Shown here: positions 1 to 11,266 of the stretch, in pieces | Layout of the letters: every line of letters begins with the position of its first letter | How positions within the stretch are numbered: position 1 is the stretch's first letter | Assembly (NCBI GenBank): GCA_963771175.1 | Contig: CAVYSY010000040.1 | Span: forward strand, 128,001-192,000 | Length of the DNA stretch: 64,000 nucleotides | Direction of reading: 5' to 3' | From: an uncultured delta proteobacterium | GTDB taxonomy: Bacteria; Myxococcota; Myxococcia; Myxococcales; Myxococcaceae | Notes under the pieces: generated by a model | Seen by the model: only the letters and a program-made list of their open reading frames with translations | Database searches by the model: none | Told to the model about the DNA's origin: nothing | Program-made: the position numbers and the translations under genes

Positions 1-2609
1 TCGGGCCCCAGCACCTCTTCCCGGATGGCCAGGGCGCGTTCCTGCCGCGCTCGCGCCTCCTCGTATCTGCCCAGCCCCCGGAGCGCACCTCCCAGGCTGT
101 TGAGCGAGTTGGCGACGTCCGGGTGCTCGGGCCCCAGCGCCTTCTCTCGGATGGCCAGGGCTCGTGCGTGCAGGGCCCGCGCCGCCTCGTACTGGCCCAT
201 CTCATGGAGCGCGATGCCCACGTTGTTGAGCGAGCTGGCGACGTCCGGGTGCTCGGGCCCCAGCGCCTTCTCCCGGAGGTTGAGCGCGTGCTCGAACAAC
301 GCGTGGGCCTCCTTGTAGCGGCCCAGCTCCAAATACGCGGTGCCCAGGTTGCTGTACGAGAGCGCCACCAGCGGGTGCTCGCGCCCCAGGAGCTTCTCCC
401 GGAGGTCCAGCGCGCTCGTGTACGCGACCCGGGCCTCCTCGTACTTGCCCAGGGCTCCGAGCACGGTCCCCAGGTTGTTGAGTGAAGCCACCACGAAGTA
501 GTGCTCGGGTCCCAGCACCTTCTTCCGGAGCGCGAGCGCGCTCTCGTGCCGGACCCGGGCCTCCTCGTACCTGCCCATCTCCTGGAACACGATGGCCAGG
601 TCGTTGAGCGACTCCGCACGGGCCCGGTCGTCATCCGCGCACTCCGCCGCCGATTCCATCGCCAGCACCAGGCCCATCGCGTCCTGATGGCGCGCCTGCC
701 GCCACCCCACCTCCCGGAGCAGCAGGGTCCACGCCCGGGCGACCAGCGGCAGATCCTTGCTCCGCGCGGCCTCGGGGATGGCCTGTCGCACCAGGGCCTC
801 GGCTCCGGCGTAGTCGCCGGTCGATTCCTTCAGGTAGGCGACCTGGTACAGGGCCTGTGCTCGCAGGGGCGCGTAGCCCACCTGCTCCACCTGGGGGAGC
901 AGCTTCTCTCCGCGGGATAGCCCGTCCCGGAACTTGCCGGTCAACCGCAGGGTCTCGAGCTCGTCCACCTGGAGTTGGAGCGCCTCCGCGCGGGCTCGCA
1001 CGGTGGGATCCTCCGGTGGTGGCACCGTCGCCGTCAGTGCCTTGATGTCCGCGCAGGCGTCGAGCGGCGGCAGCGACTGCACCGCTTGCACGGCCTTCGA
1101 GAGGTTGTCCCGATCCGGGCCCTGGGTGAACAGTTGCGTCAGGGACCGCAGTTGGCTGCGTCGTCGCTCCAGGCAGAACACCTGGAGCACGGCGGGATCC
1201 CTCGGCGACGTCTCCCGGTCCTGGGTGGCCTCACAGGCCTCGGTGCGCAGCTTCGTCCACGTGCCCGCGTAGCCATCGAGCAGCGTGGATACGCGCGTGA
1301 AGGTGTCCTGTGCATAGGGCAGTTTCGTGCCCAGGAAGGCCTTGCGCATCCGCGCCTTCACCGTCTCGTCCCAGGTGCCGACGAGCCGGCGCTCCAGGTG
1401 CGCGCACCCCGGCTCCTCCTCCTGGCGCAGCACCATGCTCCAGACGGTGAGCCCCGCCAGTGTCGCCACCAGTGCCGTCCGTATCACCGCGCGTCTCCGG
1501 GCGTGGCGCCGAGCCTCGGGATCGTCCTCCAGCGCGGAGATGAGCTCCACCATGGAGGCGGGGCGCTGCGCCGGGTCGGCCTTCAGGCCCTGGAACAGGG
1601 TGCGCGCCACCCACGAGGGGACCTCCGATTGCGGAGGGGGTGGCTTCACCCGTGCCTCGAGTTGGGCCTGGCTGGACTCGGCGTGGGTGGCTCCCGAGAA
1701 GGGATGCTGCCGATACAGGGCCTCGTAGAGGGCCACGCAGAAGGCGAATAGATCACTCCGCGCATCCGCGACTCCGGCCCGCAGCACCTCGGGGGCCATG
1801 TAGCGGGGCGTACCCAGCAGCGTGTCGTGCAGGGTGAGCGGGCTCTCCAGGGCGCCCGGCTTCAGGGCTTGGGCGAGGTCCTCGGGCGCGGCCGGGGCGG
1901 GCGTGGACTCGGCGCGCGCGAGGCCGAAGTCCGTCACCCGCACCCTCCCGTCCGTGCCCACCAGGACGTTCTCGGGTTTGAAGTCGCGGTGCACGAGGCC
2001 GGCGGCGTGCGCGGCGGCCAGCCCGCGTGCGGCGGCCAGGTACGTCGCCAATATCTCCCGCCAGGTGCGAGGGGCCTGCTCGAGCCAGCGCTTCAGCGTC
2101 TGCCCCTCCACCATCTCCATGGCGATGAAGATGGAGCCGTCCTCCAGGGTGCCGACGTCGTAGATGGCCACCACGTTGGGGTGGGAGAGGCGGGCCATGG
2201 CCTGGGCCTCGCGCAGCATGCGCGCCTCGAGATCTCGCTCGGACTGGCTGGAGTCCAGCTCTCGGCGGAGCAGCTTGAGGGCCACGCGCCGGTCCAGGCG
2301 CGCGTCGTAGGCGGCCACCACCTCGCCCATGCCGCCGCGGCCGAGCGGGTTCAGCACGGTGTAGCGGCCCACCAGGGTCCGCCCTGGCGTCGGGGAGATG
2401 GGCTCGGCCGAGGGCGGCGGGGCGTCGGACAGCCCCCGGGAAGGCAGTAAAGAGATCTGGGTGCGGACCTGGGTGGGGGCATCCCCCAGGAAATCGAGGT
2501 CCCGGGCGGCCTCGGGTGACAGCGAGGCCTGGCTCCGCACGAGGGTGGGGGACTCCTCCATGGCGTCAGGGCCCGAGGCGCTCTTCTCTCGTGGCTCCTT
2601 GTCGCTCAT
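1..2609 (-). CDS. Ser/Thr protein kinase with C-terminal TPR repeats (runs off the window's left edge)
   Basis: Absent from the ORF track because there is no stop in the window. The minus-strand frame from ATG 2609 (GGAGG SD) reads [42 protein letters not shown], then 42-aa repeats ([24 protein letters not shown]). Confidence 0.93.
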   Translation of the reverse strand, partial: MSDKEPREKSASGPDAMEESPTLVRSQASLSPEAARDLDFLGDAPTQVRTQISLLPSRGLSDAPPPSAEPISPTPGRTLVGRYTVLNPLGRGGMGEVVAAYDARLDRRVALKLLRRELDSSQSERDLEARMLREAQAMARLSHPNVVAIYDVGTLEDGSIFIAMEMVEGQTLKRWLEQAPRTWREILATYLAAARGLAAAHAAGLVHRDFKPENVLVGTDGRVRVTDFGLARAESTPAPAAPEDLAQALKPGALESPLTLHDTLLGTPRYMAPEVLRAGVADARSDLFAFCVALYEALYRQHPFSGATHAESSQAQLEARVKPPPPQSEVPSWVARTLFQGLKADPAQRPASMVELISALEDDPEARRHARRRAVIRTALVATLAGLTVWSMVLRQEEEPGCAHLERRLVGTWDETVKARMRKAFLGTKLPYAQDTFTRVSTLLDGYAGTWTKLRTEACEATQDRETSPRDPAVLQVFCLERRRSQLRSLTQLFTQGPDRDNLSKAVQAVQSLPPLDACADIKALTATVPPPEDPTVRARAEALQLQVDELETLRLTGKFRDGLSRGEKLLPQVEQVGYAPLRAQALYQVAYLKESTGDYAGAEALVRQAIPEAARSKDLPLVARAWTLLLREVGWRQARHQDAMGLVLAMESAAECADDDRARAESLNDLAIVFQEMGRYEEARVRHESALALRKKVLGPEHYFVVASLNNLGTVLGALGKYEEARVAYTSALDLREKLLGREHPLVALSYSNLGTAYLELGRYKEAHALFEHALNLREKALGPEHPDVASSLNNVGIALHEMGQYEAARALHARALAIREKALGPEHPDVANSLNSLGGALRGLGRYEEARARQERALAIREEVLGP
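99..272. repeat. 126-nt-period TPR coding repeats (near-identical copies starting at 99 and 225)
   Basis: gttgagcgag(t/c)tggcgacgtccgggtgctcgggccccagcgccttctc occurs at 99 and at 225. Confidence 0.85.
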
Positions 2610-2723
2610 CTGGGGTGCCTCCCTGGGTCCGGACCGTTGGCGAGGCTCCAGTCATACCCTGGAGGAGGGGAATCCTGCAGCCTCCGCGAAAAAGGAGCCC
2701 CGGCGCTTGTCGGCCCAGGCCGC

Positions 2724-3899
2724 TCAGTAGGACGCGGGGCCCTGGAGGTGCGTGCTCAGGAAGTCGAGCGCGTCGAGATCGTACTGGCTCTTGGCCGCCA
2801 CGTCCGCGGCGGTGAAGGTGGTGGAGACGGCGAAGGCCTCGTCGAAGCTGTGCTTGACGTTCTCGGGATAGGCATCCGAGACGGGGGCCTGGGCGAGCGC
2901 GAGCTGCTTCGCCCGGGGCATCCGGTTGTCCCGGCAGTTCTCCAGCAGGCTGTCCGCCGTGCCCATGACCATGCGGAAGGGGACGTTGGGAATCCAGGTG
3001 CTCTTGTTGTTGGTGATGCCGCCGTAGTTGGTGTCCGGAGTCGGGTCCGAGGCCCCACCGTCGCCATTCCGGGTCTGCAGTCCGCAGCCGGGATAGAACG
3101 CGTAGCCGACCTTGAACAGCGTGCCCGTGTTGTAGAGCGGTGCCGCGCCCGTCAGGGTCTGCCCGGACGTGTTCGTCCAGGTGTTCGAGTTCGCGAGGAG
3201 GGCCATCGTGGTGCTGCCCCCATGTGACCACCCGAGCACGCCCACGCGGCTCAGGTCGATTCCCGGGACGGTCTCCAGGAAGTGGTACGCCGCCACGGCA
3301 TCCTGGGGGCGCTGGGTCGTCTCCTCGACGCCGAGGGCGTACAGGACGTCATCCCCGGGGTAGGTGCTGCCTTCCTTGCAGATGCCCTTGCTGATGGGCA
3401 CGGAGACGGTCTGCCCGTCGCGGACGATCGAGACCTGGCCGCCGTTCACGATGCCGCGGCTCGAGAAGCTGTCCACGAAGAGGGCGGCGAAGCCCGCGTT
3501 CATCGCCCGCTGGGCCCACCCCTGCTGGTCGGCGGTCGGGCTCTCGTTGTCGAATACCCGCTTCAGGTCCGTGGTGTTGTTGGGCGCGCTGAACAGCCCG
3601 TTGCACCCGTGCAGGAAGACGAGGGCGGGCACCCCGGGCTCCGCCACGACGTTCGTCCCCGTCGGCATGTTCGACGGCAGGTAGAGGAAGCCCGAGATCG
3701 TGTGCCCGAGCGCGGCGTTCGGGATGTTGACGGAGATCCTCACCCCCGTCGGATAGGAGGGCGTGTTGAGCGCGAACGCCCCCACGGCACCGGACTCGGG
3801 CTCCAGCTCCGGGTGACTCTCGAAAGACCCCTCGGGCCCACAGGCCACCAGGAATGTCAGGATGGACAGCAGGCCCCTGCGGCGCCAGGACTCGAACAT
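2724..3899 (-). CDS. Dienelactone-hydrolase-like alpha/beta hydrolase, probable lipoprotein
   Basis: Lipobox FLVA-C, LHGCNG oxyanion region, GWSHGG nucleophile elbow, AFYPGC, GTAD Asp and HSFD His. Confidence 0.85.
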   Translation of the reverse strand: MFESWRRRGLLSILTFLVACGPEGSFESHPELEPESGAVGAFALNTPSYPTGVRISVNIPNAALGHTISGFLYLPSNMPTGTNVVAEPGVPALVFLHGCNGLFSAPNNTTDLKRVFDNESPTADQQGWAQRAMNAGFAALFVDSFSSRGIVNGGQVSIVRDGQTVSVPISKGICKEGSTYPGDDVLYALGVEETTQRPQDAVAAYHFLETVPGIDLSRVGVLGWSHGGSTTMALLANSNTWTNTSGQTLTGAAPLYNTGTLFKVGYAFYPGCGLQTRNGDGGASDPTPDTNYGGITNNKSTWIPNVPFRMVMGTADSLLENCRDNRMPRAKQLALAQAPVSDAYPENVKHSFDEAFAVSTTFTAADVAAKSQYDLDALDFLSTHLQGPASY

Positions 3900-3986
3900 G
3901 GATGTACCTTTCCCCAGGCAGCCCCACCTTCATGGATGGGCGGGGCGATTACCCTGGTAACGAAAGGCCGCGCGTTTCTTCCCGGC

Positions 3987-4478
3987 TCAGGCCGTGATGT
4001 AGGCGAGCGCCAGGTCGAAGATCATCATCTCCAGCCGCTCGTAGTCGTCCTCGCTCACGAACTCGAAGGCGAAGGAGACGCGCCGGGGGCCGCTCTCGGC
4101 GGTGGAGGCCGCGACGATGCGCGCTCGGCCCACCACTGGCTCCTCCTCCTGCTCCGGCAGCCACAGCACGAAGCCGAGGCGCTCGTCGAGGGGGTTGCCG
4201 GGCAGCAGGCAGGAGAAGCCGCCGGAGGAGATGTCCAGGGTACGGCTGCGGAGCGAGCCGGTGCGGAAGCAGACGTCCACGGACATCCCCTTGGGGACGC
4301 GGAAGTTGCGCCGGGCCATGGAGCCGGGCTGCACGCTCTGTCCCTGGGCTGCCAGCAGGGAGCGGGCGAGCTGCTCGCGTGCCTCCAGGTAGAGGGCCCT
4401 CTCCTCGCTCGTGTGCAGCTTCCGGCGCGCCCGCTCGTGCAGCTCGCGGAAGCTCGTCAGCCAGACGGAGAAATCCAT
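3987..4478 (-). CDS. PilZ domain protein (c-di-GMP receptor)
   Basis: Both RxxxR (RRNFR) and DxSxxG (DISSGG) motifs are intact. Confidence 0.85.
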   Translation of the reverse strand: MDFSVWLTSFRELHERARRKLHTSEERALYLEAREQLARSLLAAQGQSVQPGSMARRNFRVPKGMSVDVCFRTGSLRSRTLDISSGGFSCLLPGNPLDERLGFVLWLPEQEEEPVVGRARIVAASTAESGPRRVSFAFEFVSEDDYERLEMMIFDLALAYITA

Positions 4479-4649
4479 GATCCCATCCTAGCGCGATTTT
4501 CCTGGCTGGACGGGTAGGGGATACGGGTTCCTACCCACGCCGCCCCCGGTGGGAGTGATGGCCCCGGTGAGCCTGCCTGCCCGGCAGGGGAGGGGCGGAT
4601 GGGGAAGCAGCGGAACCGCGCCCCCGGATCCGTTATAAGCCAGCCCGAA

Positions 4650-5294
4650 ATGTTCACAGGACTCATCCAGGACATCGGCGTGGTGGAGCGCCTCATCCCC
4701 GGCGGGATGACGGACGTGTGGATTCGCACGGCGCTGGGCGCGCGGGATTTCGCGCTCGGCGAGTCCATCGCGGTGGATGGCGCCTGCCTCACCGTGGTGG
4801 AGCGCGGCGGCGACTCGTTCCGCGTCCAGGCCGCTCCCGAGACGCTCCGGCGCACCACCCTGGGCGGCCTCCGTCCCGGCTCGCGCGTCAACCTCGAGCG
4901 GGCGCTCGCGCTGGGCGACCGGCTGGGCGGTCACCTCGTCAGCGGCCATGTGGACGCCGTCAGCGAGGTCCTGGAGACCCGGCCCGAGGGCGGCTCGTGG
5001 GTGATGATCTTCCGGCTCCCCGAGGAGCTGGCCCCCTTCTTCATCGAGAAGGGCTCGGTGACCATCGACGGCATCAGCCTCACCGTCAACTCGGTGGGGA
5101 CGGACCGCTTCGGCGTGCAGCTCATCCCCGAGACGCAGGAGCGCACCACGCTCCGCTCCAAGGGCGCGGGTGAGCGCGTGAACCTCGAAGGGGACATGAT
5201 CGGCAAGTACGTGGCGCGGCTGGTATCGCTGCGCCAGGGCCCGGGTGGCGGGCTCTCCGAGGCGGTCATCAAGGCGGCCGGTTTCGGCGGATGA
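4650..5294 (+). CDS. ribE: Riboflavin synthase (alpha chain)
   Basis: Canonical MFTGLIQ N-terminus at ATG 4650; [43 protein letters not shown]. Confidence 0.96.
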   Translation: MFTGLIQDIGVVERLIPGGMTDVWIRTALGARDFALGESIAVDGACLTVVERGGDSFRVQAAPETLRRTTLGGLRPGSRVNLERALALGDRLGGHLVSGHVDAVSEVLETRPEGGSWVMIFRLPEELAPFFIEKGSVTIDGISLTVNSVGTDRFGVQLIPETQERTTLRSKGAGERVNLEGDMIGKYVARLVSLRQGPGGGLSEAVIKAAGFGG

Positions 5295-6511
5295 AGGCAG
5301 AGCAGGGAGCACGCATGGCGCGCGGCAAGCAGCACGAGACGGACAGCATCGCCCTGGTGGATCGGGCCCTCGCGGAGATCCGCAAGGGCCGCATGGTCAT
5401 CCTCACGGATGACGAGGACCGGGAGAACGAGGGCGACCTCGTCATGGCGGCGGAGAAGGTGACGCCCCAGGCCATCAACTTCATGGCCACCCATGGGCGC
5501 GGGCTCATCTGCCTGTCGCTCACCGAGGAGCGCCTCCGCCGGCTCAACCTGCCCCTCATGGTGCAGGACAACACCTCGTCCTTCCAGACGGCCTTCACCG
5601 TCTCCATCGAGGCCTCCCAGGGCGTCTCCACCGGCATCTCCGCCGCGGATCGCGCTCACACCATCAAGGTGGCGGTGGCTCCGGACGCGAAGCCGAGCGA
5701 CCTGGCGCGCCCCGGCCACATCTTCCCCCTGCGCGCCCGGGAGGGCGGGGTGCTGGTGCGCACCGGGCAGACCGAGGGCAGCGTGGACCTGGCGCGCCTG
5801 GCCGGCCTGGAGCCCGCGGGCGTCATCTGCGAGATCATGAAGCCGGACGGGACCATGGCTCGCCGGCCGGACCTGGTGAAGTTCGCCCGGAAGCACAAGA
5901 TGGTGCTGCTGTCGGTGGCGGACCTCATCCGCTACCGGCTGGAGCGCGAGCGGCTCGTCCGGCGCATCGGCGAGGCCACCATCGAGCGCCGGGGGCAGGG
6001 CGCCTTCCAGGCCTACACCTACGGCAGTGACGTGGACAGCGCCGTGCACGTGGCCCTGGTGAAGGGGGACGTCTCGGGCCGCACGCCCGTGCTCACCCGC
6101 GTCCACCGCGCCTGCCTGGTGGGGGAGCTGCTGGGGAGCGCCGGGTGCGACTGCGGCAGCCAGTTGGAGCAGGCCCTCCAGCGCATCCAGGCGGAGGGGC
6201 GCGGGGTGGTCATCTTCCTCCAGCGCGACGTGCCGGCGAAGAACCGGCTGGAGTGCACCCACGTCTCCAACGAGGAGGCCGTGCCGGGCAACAACGACCA
6301 GACGCGCCTGCGCGAGTTCGGCGTGGGGGCTCAAATCCTCAAGGACCTGGGGCTGTCCCGGCTGCGCCTGCTCACCAATAACCCCAAGAAGATCGTGGGC
6401 TTGGAGAGCTACTCGCTGGAGGTGGTGGAGCAGATTCCGCTCGCCCTGTCCGCCGAGCGGCCGTTACGGGTGGCCGCTCGTCGCCCTCCTCGCCGCCGGA
6501 AGACCTCCTGA
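5291..6511 (+). CDS. ribBA: DHBP synthase (RibB) fused to a GTP cyclohydrolase II-like domain (possibly degenerate)
   Basis: [35 protein letters not shown]-terminal RVHxxC..CDC and LLTNNPKK. The start may be ATG 5315. Confidence 0.92.
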   Translation: MKAEQGARMARGKQHETDSIALVDRALAEIRKGRMVILTDDEDRENEGDLVMAAEKVTPQAINFMATHGRGLICLSLTEERLRRLNLPLMVQDNTSSFQTAFTVSIEASQGVSTGISAADRAHTIKVAVAPDAKPSDLARPGHIFPLRAREGGVLVRTGQTEGSVDLARLAGLEPAGVICEIMKPDGTMARRPDLVKFARKHKMVLLSVADLIRYRLERERLVRRIGEATIERRGQGAFQAYTYGSDVDSAVHVALVKGDVSGRTPVLTRVHRACLVGELLGSAGCDCGSQLEQALQRIQAEGRGVVIFLQRDVPAKNRLECTHVSNEEAVPGNNDQTRLREFGVGAQILKDLGLSRLRLLTNNPKKIVGLESYSLEVVEQIPLALSAERPLRVAARRPPRRRKTS

Positions 6512-6576
6512 AGGTAGCGGGCTGGAAAACTCTATAAGGACGCCAGCCGCTTGGCTGGTGTAGAGAGGGGCCGCAC

Positions 6577-7068
6577 ATGCCTCGCTACATCGAAGGTGAC
6601 TTCCTCCCCCCCAAGGGCCGCTTCGCCATTTGCGTCGCCCGCTTCAACGCGTTCATCACCGAGGAGCTGGTGAAGGGCGCGGTGGACACGCTGGTGCGCC
6701 ACGGTGTGGCCGACGGGGACATCGACGTCTTCCGCTGCCCCGGCACCTATGAGCTGCCGTCGCTGACGCGGCGCGTGTCGGACATGCGTGCCTACGTGGG
6801 CATCATCACCCTGGGCGCCGTCATCCGCGGGGGCACGCCGCACTTCGACTACGTGGCCGGCGAGTGCGCCAAGGGCATCGGCAACGTGGCCTTCAACTCG
6901 CAGGCGTCCGTCACCTTCGGCGTGCTCACCTGCGACACGGTGGAGCAGGCCATCGACCGGGCCGGCGTGAAGGCCGGCAACAAGGGCGCCGAGGCCGCCA
7001 TGGCCTGCATCGAGATGGTCAACCTCCACGCGAAGCTGGCCACCCTGACGGAAGGGAAGAGGAGCTAG
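6577..7068 (+). CDS. ribH: 6,7-dimethyl-8-ribityllumazine synthase
   Basis: ARFN, PGTYELP, LGAVIRGGTPHFDYV, GNKGAEAA. Confidence 0.97.
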   Translation: MPRYIEGDFLPPKGRFAICVARFNAFITEELVKGAVDTLVRHGVADGDIDVFRCPGTYELPSLTRRVSDMRAYVGIITLGAVIRGGTPHFDYVAGECAKGIGNVAFNSQASVTFGVLTCDTVEQAIDRAGVKAGNKGAEAAMACIEMVNLHAKLATLTEGKRS

Positions 7069-7070
7069 CC

Positions 7071-7490
7071 ATGGGCGCGCGGAGAACGGCACGTGAGCGT
7101 GCGCTGCAGGCCCTGTATCAACTGGAGATGACGCCGGGGTCCATCGGCGATGCCCTGGAGTCCGCGTGGGCCGCCGCCGAGGAGGCCCGCAAGGAGCCCG
7201 AGGCGGTGAAGTTCGCCCGCGAGCTCGTCGAGGGCGTGATGGACCACCGCGCGGAGATCGACCGGCTCATCGAGCAGCACAGCCACAACTGGCGGCTGGA
7301 CCGGATGGGTCGCATCGACCGCAACGTGCTGCGCCTGGGCGTCTTCGAGCTGAAGTACCGCCCGGACATCCCCAAGAAGGTGTCCCTCAACGAGGCGGTG
7401 GAGCTGGGCAAGAACTTCGGCACCGAGGAGTCCAGCGCCTTCGTCAACGGCCTGCTGGACCGCGTGGCCGCGGCGCTGGGGAAGCAGTGA
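7071..7490 (+). CDS. nusB: Transcription antitermination factor NusB
   Basis: MGARRTARERALQALY, NWRLDRM..IDRNVLR, NEAVELGK, FVNGLLD; directly follows ribH. Confidence 0.96.
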   Translation: MGARRTARERALQALYQLEMTPGSIGDALESAWAAAEEARKEPEAVKFARELVEGVMDHRAEIDRLIEQHSHNWRLDRMGRIDRNVLRLGVFELKYRPDIPKKVSLNEAVELGKNFGTEESSAFVNGLLDRVAAALGKQ

Positions 7491-7975
7491 ACGTCGCCGC
7501 CTACGATATCGGCTTCGAGGGCCTGGATGCGCTGGAAGGGATCGACGCCCTTTGCCTCTTCGTGGGCGAGGACGATCGACCCCTCCCGGGCTCGGTGGGC
7601 TACGTGGACTGGCGGCTGTGCGGCACCTTGTCGCGCGTCCTCCAGTCAGGCTTCTTCGTGGGCGCCCAGGACGACTCCCTCCTGCTGCCCACGGATGGCC
7701 GCTTCCCCGTGCCCCGCATCTTCGTGATCGGCTTGGGGCAGAGGGGGAGCCTGGACGCCTCCTCGCTGGGCGAGGTCATGGCCAACGCCGCCCAGGTGAT
7801 GGCCAAGGCCAAGGTGCAGGCGGTGGCCCTCGAGGTGCCCGGCGCCGGCCGTCTCGACGAGGGCACCCGCGCTTCCGCCCTGAACAACAAGTTCCTCCCG
7901 GCCTTCAAGGGGCAGCGGGTCGCCGTCCTGGCGGACAAGGAATTGGCCCGACGCCTGCCCGGTCGCAAGGGCTGA
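7487..7975 (+). CDS. Stand-alone M17 (leucyl aminopeptidase) N-terminal-domain protein
   Basis: GTG overlaps the nusB stop (GTGA). The pattern EDDRPLPG..GYVDWRLCGTLSR..F.G..RIFVIGLG matches the M17 N-domain; no catalytic domain follows. Confidence 0.7.
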   Translation: MNVAAYDIGFEGLDALEGIDALCLFVGEDDRPLPGSVGYVDWRLCGTLSRVLQSGFFVGAQDDSLLLPTDGRFPVPRIFVIGLGQRGSLDASSLGEVMANAAQVMAKAKVQAVALEVPGAGRLDEGTRASALNNKFLPAFKGQRVAVLADKELARRLPGRKG

Positions 7976-8024
7976 AGCTCGCGGTGACCGGCCGTTCTGG
8001 TACGATGGGGGCCGGTTCCAACGA

Positions 8025-8399
8025 ATGAAGTTCAAAGTCCTGATCGTGGAGGATTCCAAGGCTTCGCGGGAGTTGATTGCCGCGACGGTGGAGTCCATTT
8101 CCGGTCTGGAGGCCTTCGCCACCAGCAGTGGCTTCGAGGCCCTCAAGCTGCTGCCCCGGCACCGGTTCGACCTCATCATCACCGACATCAACATGCCCGA
8201 CATCAACGGGCTGGAGTTGATCAACTTCGTCAAGAAGAACCCCAACTACCGGGACACGCCCCTGTTCATCGTCACCACCGAGGGTCGCGAGAAGGACCGC
8301 GATCGCGGGCTGGCGCTGGGCGCCTCTGAGTACCTCGTCAAGCCGTTCTCGCCGGAGCGCCTGGAAGGGCTCGTGCGGCGTTACCTGAAGCTCGCGTGA
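8025..8399 (+). CDS. cheY: CheY-like single-domain response regulator
   Basis: LIVEDS, TDINMP (phospho-Asp), TT, YLVKPF. Confidence 0.92.
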   Translation: MKFKVLIVEDSKASRELIAATVESISGLEAFATSSGFEALKLLPRHRFDLIITDINMPDINGLELINFVKKNPNYRDTPLFIVTTEGREKDRDRGLALGASEYLVKPFSPERLEGLVRRYLKLA

Positions 8400-10667
8400 A
8401 CCAGGCCGGCAAAGCGTTGGCGGAGTTCGTCGCCGAGGGGACGGAGATCCTCGAGGCGCTGGGCAAGGACCTGCTCGTGCTGGATCAGCAGCGCGGGCAG
8501 GAGCCGGATCCGGATCTCATCAATGGCATCTTCCGGGCCGCGCACTCGCTCAAGGGCCTGGCGGCGCTCTTCGGCCAGGAGCGCATCGCGAAGCTGGCGC
8601 ACCAGTCCGAGGATCTGCTGGACCGGCTGCGGCTGGGCAAGCTCGCGCTGGATGACCGGGCGCTGGACACCCTCATCGAGTCGCTGGACGTGTTCCAGTC
8701 CCTGCTGGCGGAGGCCTCTCGGGAGGAGTCTTCGGACTCCATGGCCGAGCGCGCGGCGGAGCTGGCCTCGCGGCTGGAGAACCTGGGGATCGACCCGACG
8801 GCGGTGGAGGAGGATCCGCTCGACCGGTTGGACCTGGACCCGCAGGTGCGCGCCGTCTTCACCGAGTACGAGGAGCACCGCCTGCGCGAGAACGTGCGCC
8901 GCGGCGTGGCCCTCTACCGCGTGCGCGCCGCGTTCGACCTGTCCGACTTCGACACGGGGCTCGCCGAGCTCAACACGCGCCTCAAGCCGCTGGGCGAGGT
9001 CGTCAGCACGCTGCCCTCGTCGGAGCCGGGTGGGGCCACGGGCATCGCGTTCGATCTCATCTTCGGCGCCAAGGTGTCGGCCGAGGAGCTGGAATCGAAG
9101 CTGAAGGGCACGCCCGCGCAGCTCTTCGCGCTGAAGGTGCGCCCCGGTGGAGCCGCGCCCGCCGCGGCAGTCCCGGCTGTCGCCACTCCGAAGAAGAGGG
9201 CGAGCCGGAAGAAGATTTCAAAGGCCGCCTCCGAGACTCCCTCCGCGAGCGAGGCCGGGTCGGGCAGCCGGACCGAGAAGGCCCCGGCCCTGCGCGCGGT
9301 CGAGCCGGAGAGCCAGGAGCCCACGCAGGAGGTGCTGGCGCTCCGGGACGAGCCCGCGCCTTCCCGTTCCGAGACGTCCGCGCCCCCGGTGCGCACGATG
9401 ACGCTGTCGGACGAGTCGGGGGTGCCGCGCTCCCGCTCGGAGAGCGAGTCGCTGCGCTCGCTGTCCCAGACGGTGCGCGTGGACATCGGCCGGCTGGACG
9501 CGCTGATGAACACGGTGGGCGAGCTGCTGCTCATCAAGGCCAACCTGCAGCGCATGGCGGAGACGGCGCGGCAGGAGGGCCCGGCGGCGCTCTCCAAGCT
9601 GTGGGGGCAGGAGCTGGGGCGCGAGACGCGGCAGCTCGAGCGCAAGCTGGACGCGCTCCAGCAGGGCCTGCTCGAGGCGCGCATGGTGCCCGTGGGCCAG
9701 GTGTTCGACCGGCTCGCCCGGCTGGTGCGCCGCATCGCCCGCGAGTCGGGTAAGGAGATCGACTTCGTCATCAGCGGCGGCGAGGTGGAGCTGGACAAGC
9801 TCATCGTCGAGGAGCTGAGCGATCCGCTGATGCACATCATCCGCAACGCCATCGACCATGGCGCGGAGTCGCCGGAGGCGCGCGAGGCGGCGGGCAAGTC
9901 CCGGCGGGCGCGCATCTCCCTGCGGGCGGAGCAGAAGGGCAACCACGTCGTCATCGAGGTGAGCGACGACGGCTCCGGCATCGACGAGCTGGGCGTGCGC
10001 GAGCTGGCCCTGCGCAAGGGCCTCATCACCGAGGCCCAGGCACGCGGAGATGAGCCGGCGCGAGCTGCTCAACCTCATCTTCCTGCCGGGCTTCTCCACC
10101 GCCCGCCGCGTGTCCGAGCTGTCCGGCCGCGGGGTGGGGCTGGACGTGGTGAAGAACAACATCGGCAACCTGTCCGGCATCATCGATGTGTGGAGCGAGC
10201 GCGGAAAGGGCACGGCCTTCCACCTCACGCTGCCCGTCACCCTGGCCATCATCCGCGCGCTGGTGGTGGGCGTGAGCGGGCGCACCTACGCGGTGCCACT
10301 CAACAGCGTGCTGGAAATCCTCTCCGTGAAGCCCTCGGAGATCCGCACCGTGGAGCGCCGCGAGGTGCTGGACGTGCGGGGACAGACGCTGCCCCTCATG
10401 CGCCTGTCCCGGGTGTTCGGCCACCCCGAGCGCCAGAACGACCGGCACTTCGTGGTGGTGGCCGGGCTGGCCCAGGAGCGGCTGGGGATCGCCGTGGACG
10501 AGCTGCAGGGCCAGCAGGACATCGTCGTCAAATCCCTGGGCAGTCGCCTGCAGGGCGTGCGAGGGATCTCCGGGGCCGCCGACCTGGCCAACCGGCGCAC
10601 CGTGCTGGTGCTGGATGTGGGTGCCTTGCTCGGAGAGGGGATGAGCCTGGAGCGACGTCGCGCCTGA
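8396..10667 (+). CDS. cheA: Chemotaxis histidine kinase CheA (apparent +1 indel near 10046)
   Basis: Hpt FRAAHSLKG, TVRVDIGRLD, HIIRNAIDHG, DDGSGID; after the frame change IFLPGFSTA..SGRGVGLDVV and a P5 CheW domain (ORF 10050-10667). Confidence 0.93.
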
Positions 10668-10701
10668 TGCCTCCGGCCGTGGGGCTGCTATCCTCCAGTC
10701 C

Positions 10702-11266
10702 GTGCCTTCCCTGTCCGTCCTGCTCGACAGCTTCTTCTACCATCCGGATGAGGACATCGGTCTCCTGCAGGAGCTGGTGGCCGGCACCGACGAGTCGATC
10801 GAGCCCGTCGCCGAGGAGATCCCCGAGGAGTACCTGGCCTTCCGGCTGGAAGGGGAGCACTACGCGGTGCCCATCCACGGGGTGCGCGGAGATCGTGAAG
10901 ATTCCGCCGCTCACCGAGGTGCCTCGCGCCGCGGCCAACCTGCTCGGGGTGATGTACCTGCGCGGCGAGGTGCTGCCCGTCTACGACGTGAAGGTGCGGC
11001 TGCGGTTGGCGGACAATGCGCCGCTGGTGGCGGGCCCCGAGGCGCCGGAACCTCCGCGCAGCGCGCGCATCATCGTGGTGCAGACGATGGACGGGCTCGC
11101 GGGCATCTGGGTGGACGCGGTGTCCGAGGTGGTGCGGCTGCGGCCCTCCATGTTGGAGCTGGCCCCGCCAGGCGTGGGTGGCGGAGAACGGGATTGTGTG
11201 GTGGGGCTCGGGCGTCGCAACCAGCAGCTCTTCATCCTGCTCGACATCTGGCAGGCCCTGGCATGA
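10702..11266 (+). CDS. cheW: CheW coupling protein (apparent +1 indel near 10888)
   Basis: EYLAFRLEGEHYAVPIHGVR continues in the other frame as EIVKIPPLTEVP..LGVMYLRGEVLPVYD. Confidence 0.88.

Noticed and set aside
3949..3960. TTACC-N1/2-GGTAA palindromes at 3949 and 63410, plus TCACCCTGGTGA at 41543
   Set aside because: They are short, have inconsistent spacers and flank unrelated genes; chance cannot be excluded.
4479..4649. FMN riboswitch upstream of ribE
   Set aside because: Only a short GGGTAGG/CCTACCC hairpin is present; the conserved RFN sequence blocks are absent.
10040..11266. 956-aa CheA-CheW fusion ORF (8396-11266)
   Set aside because: Artefact of two indels; the stretch after 10046 is off-frame until it rejoins the first CheW.
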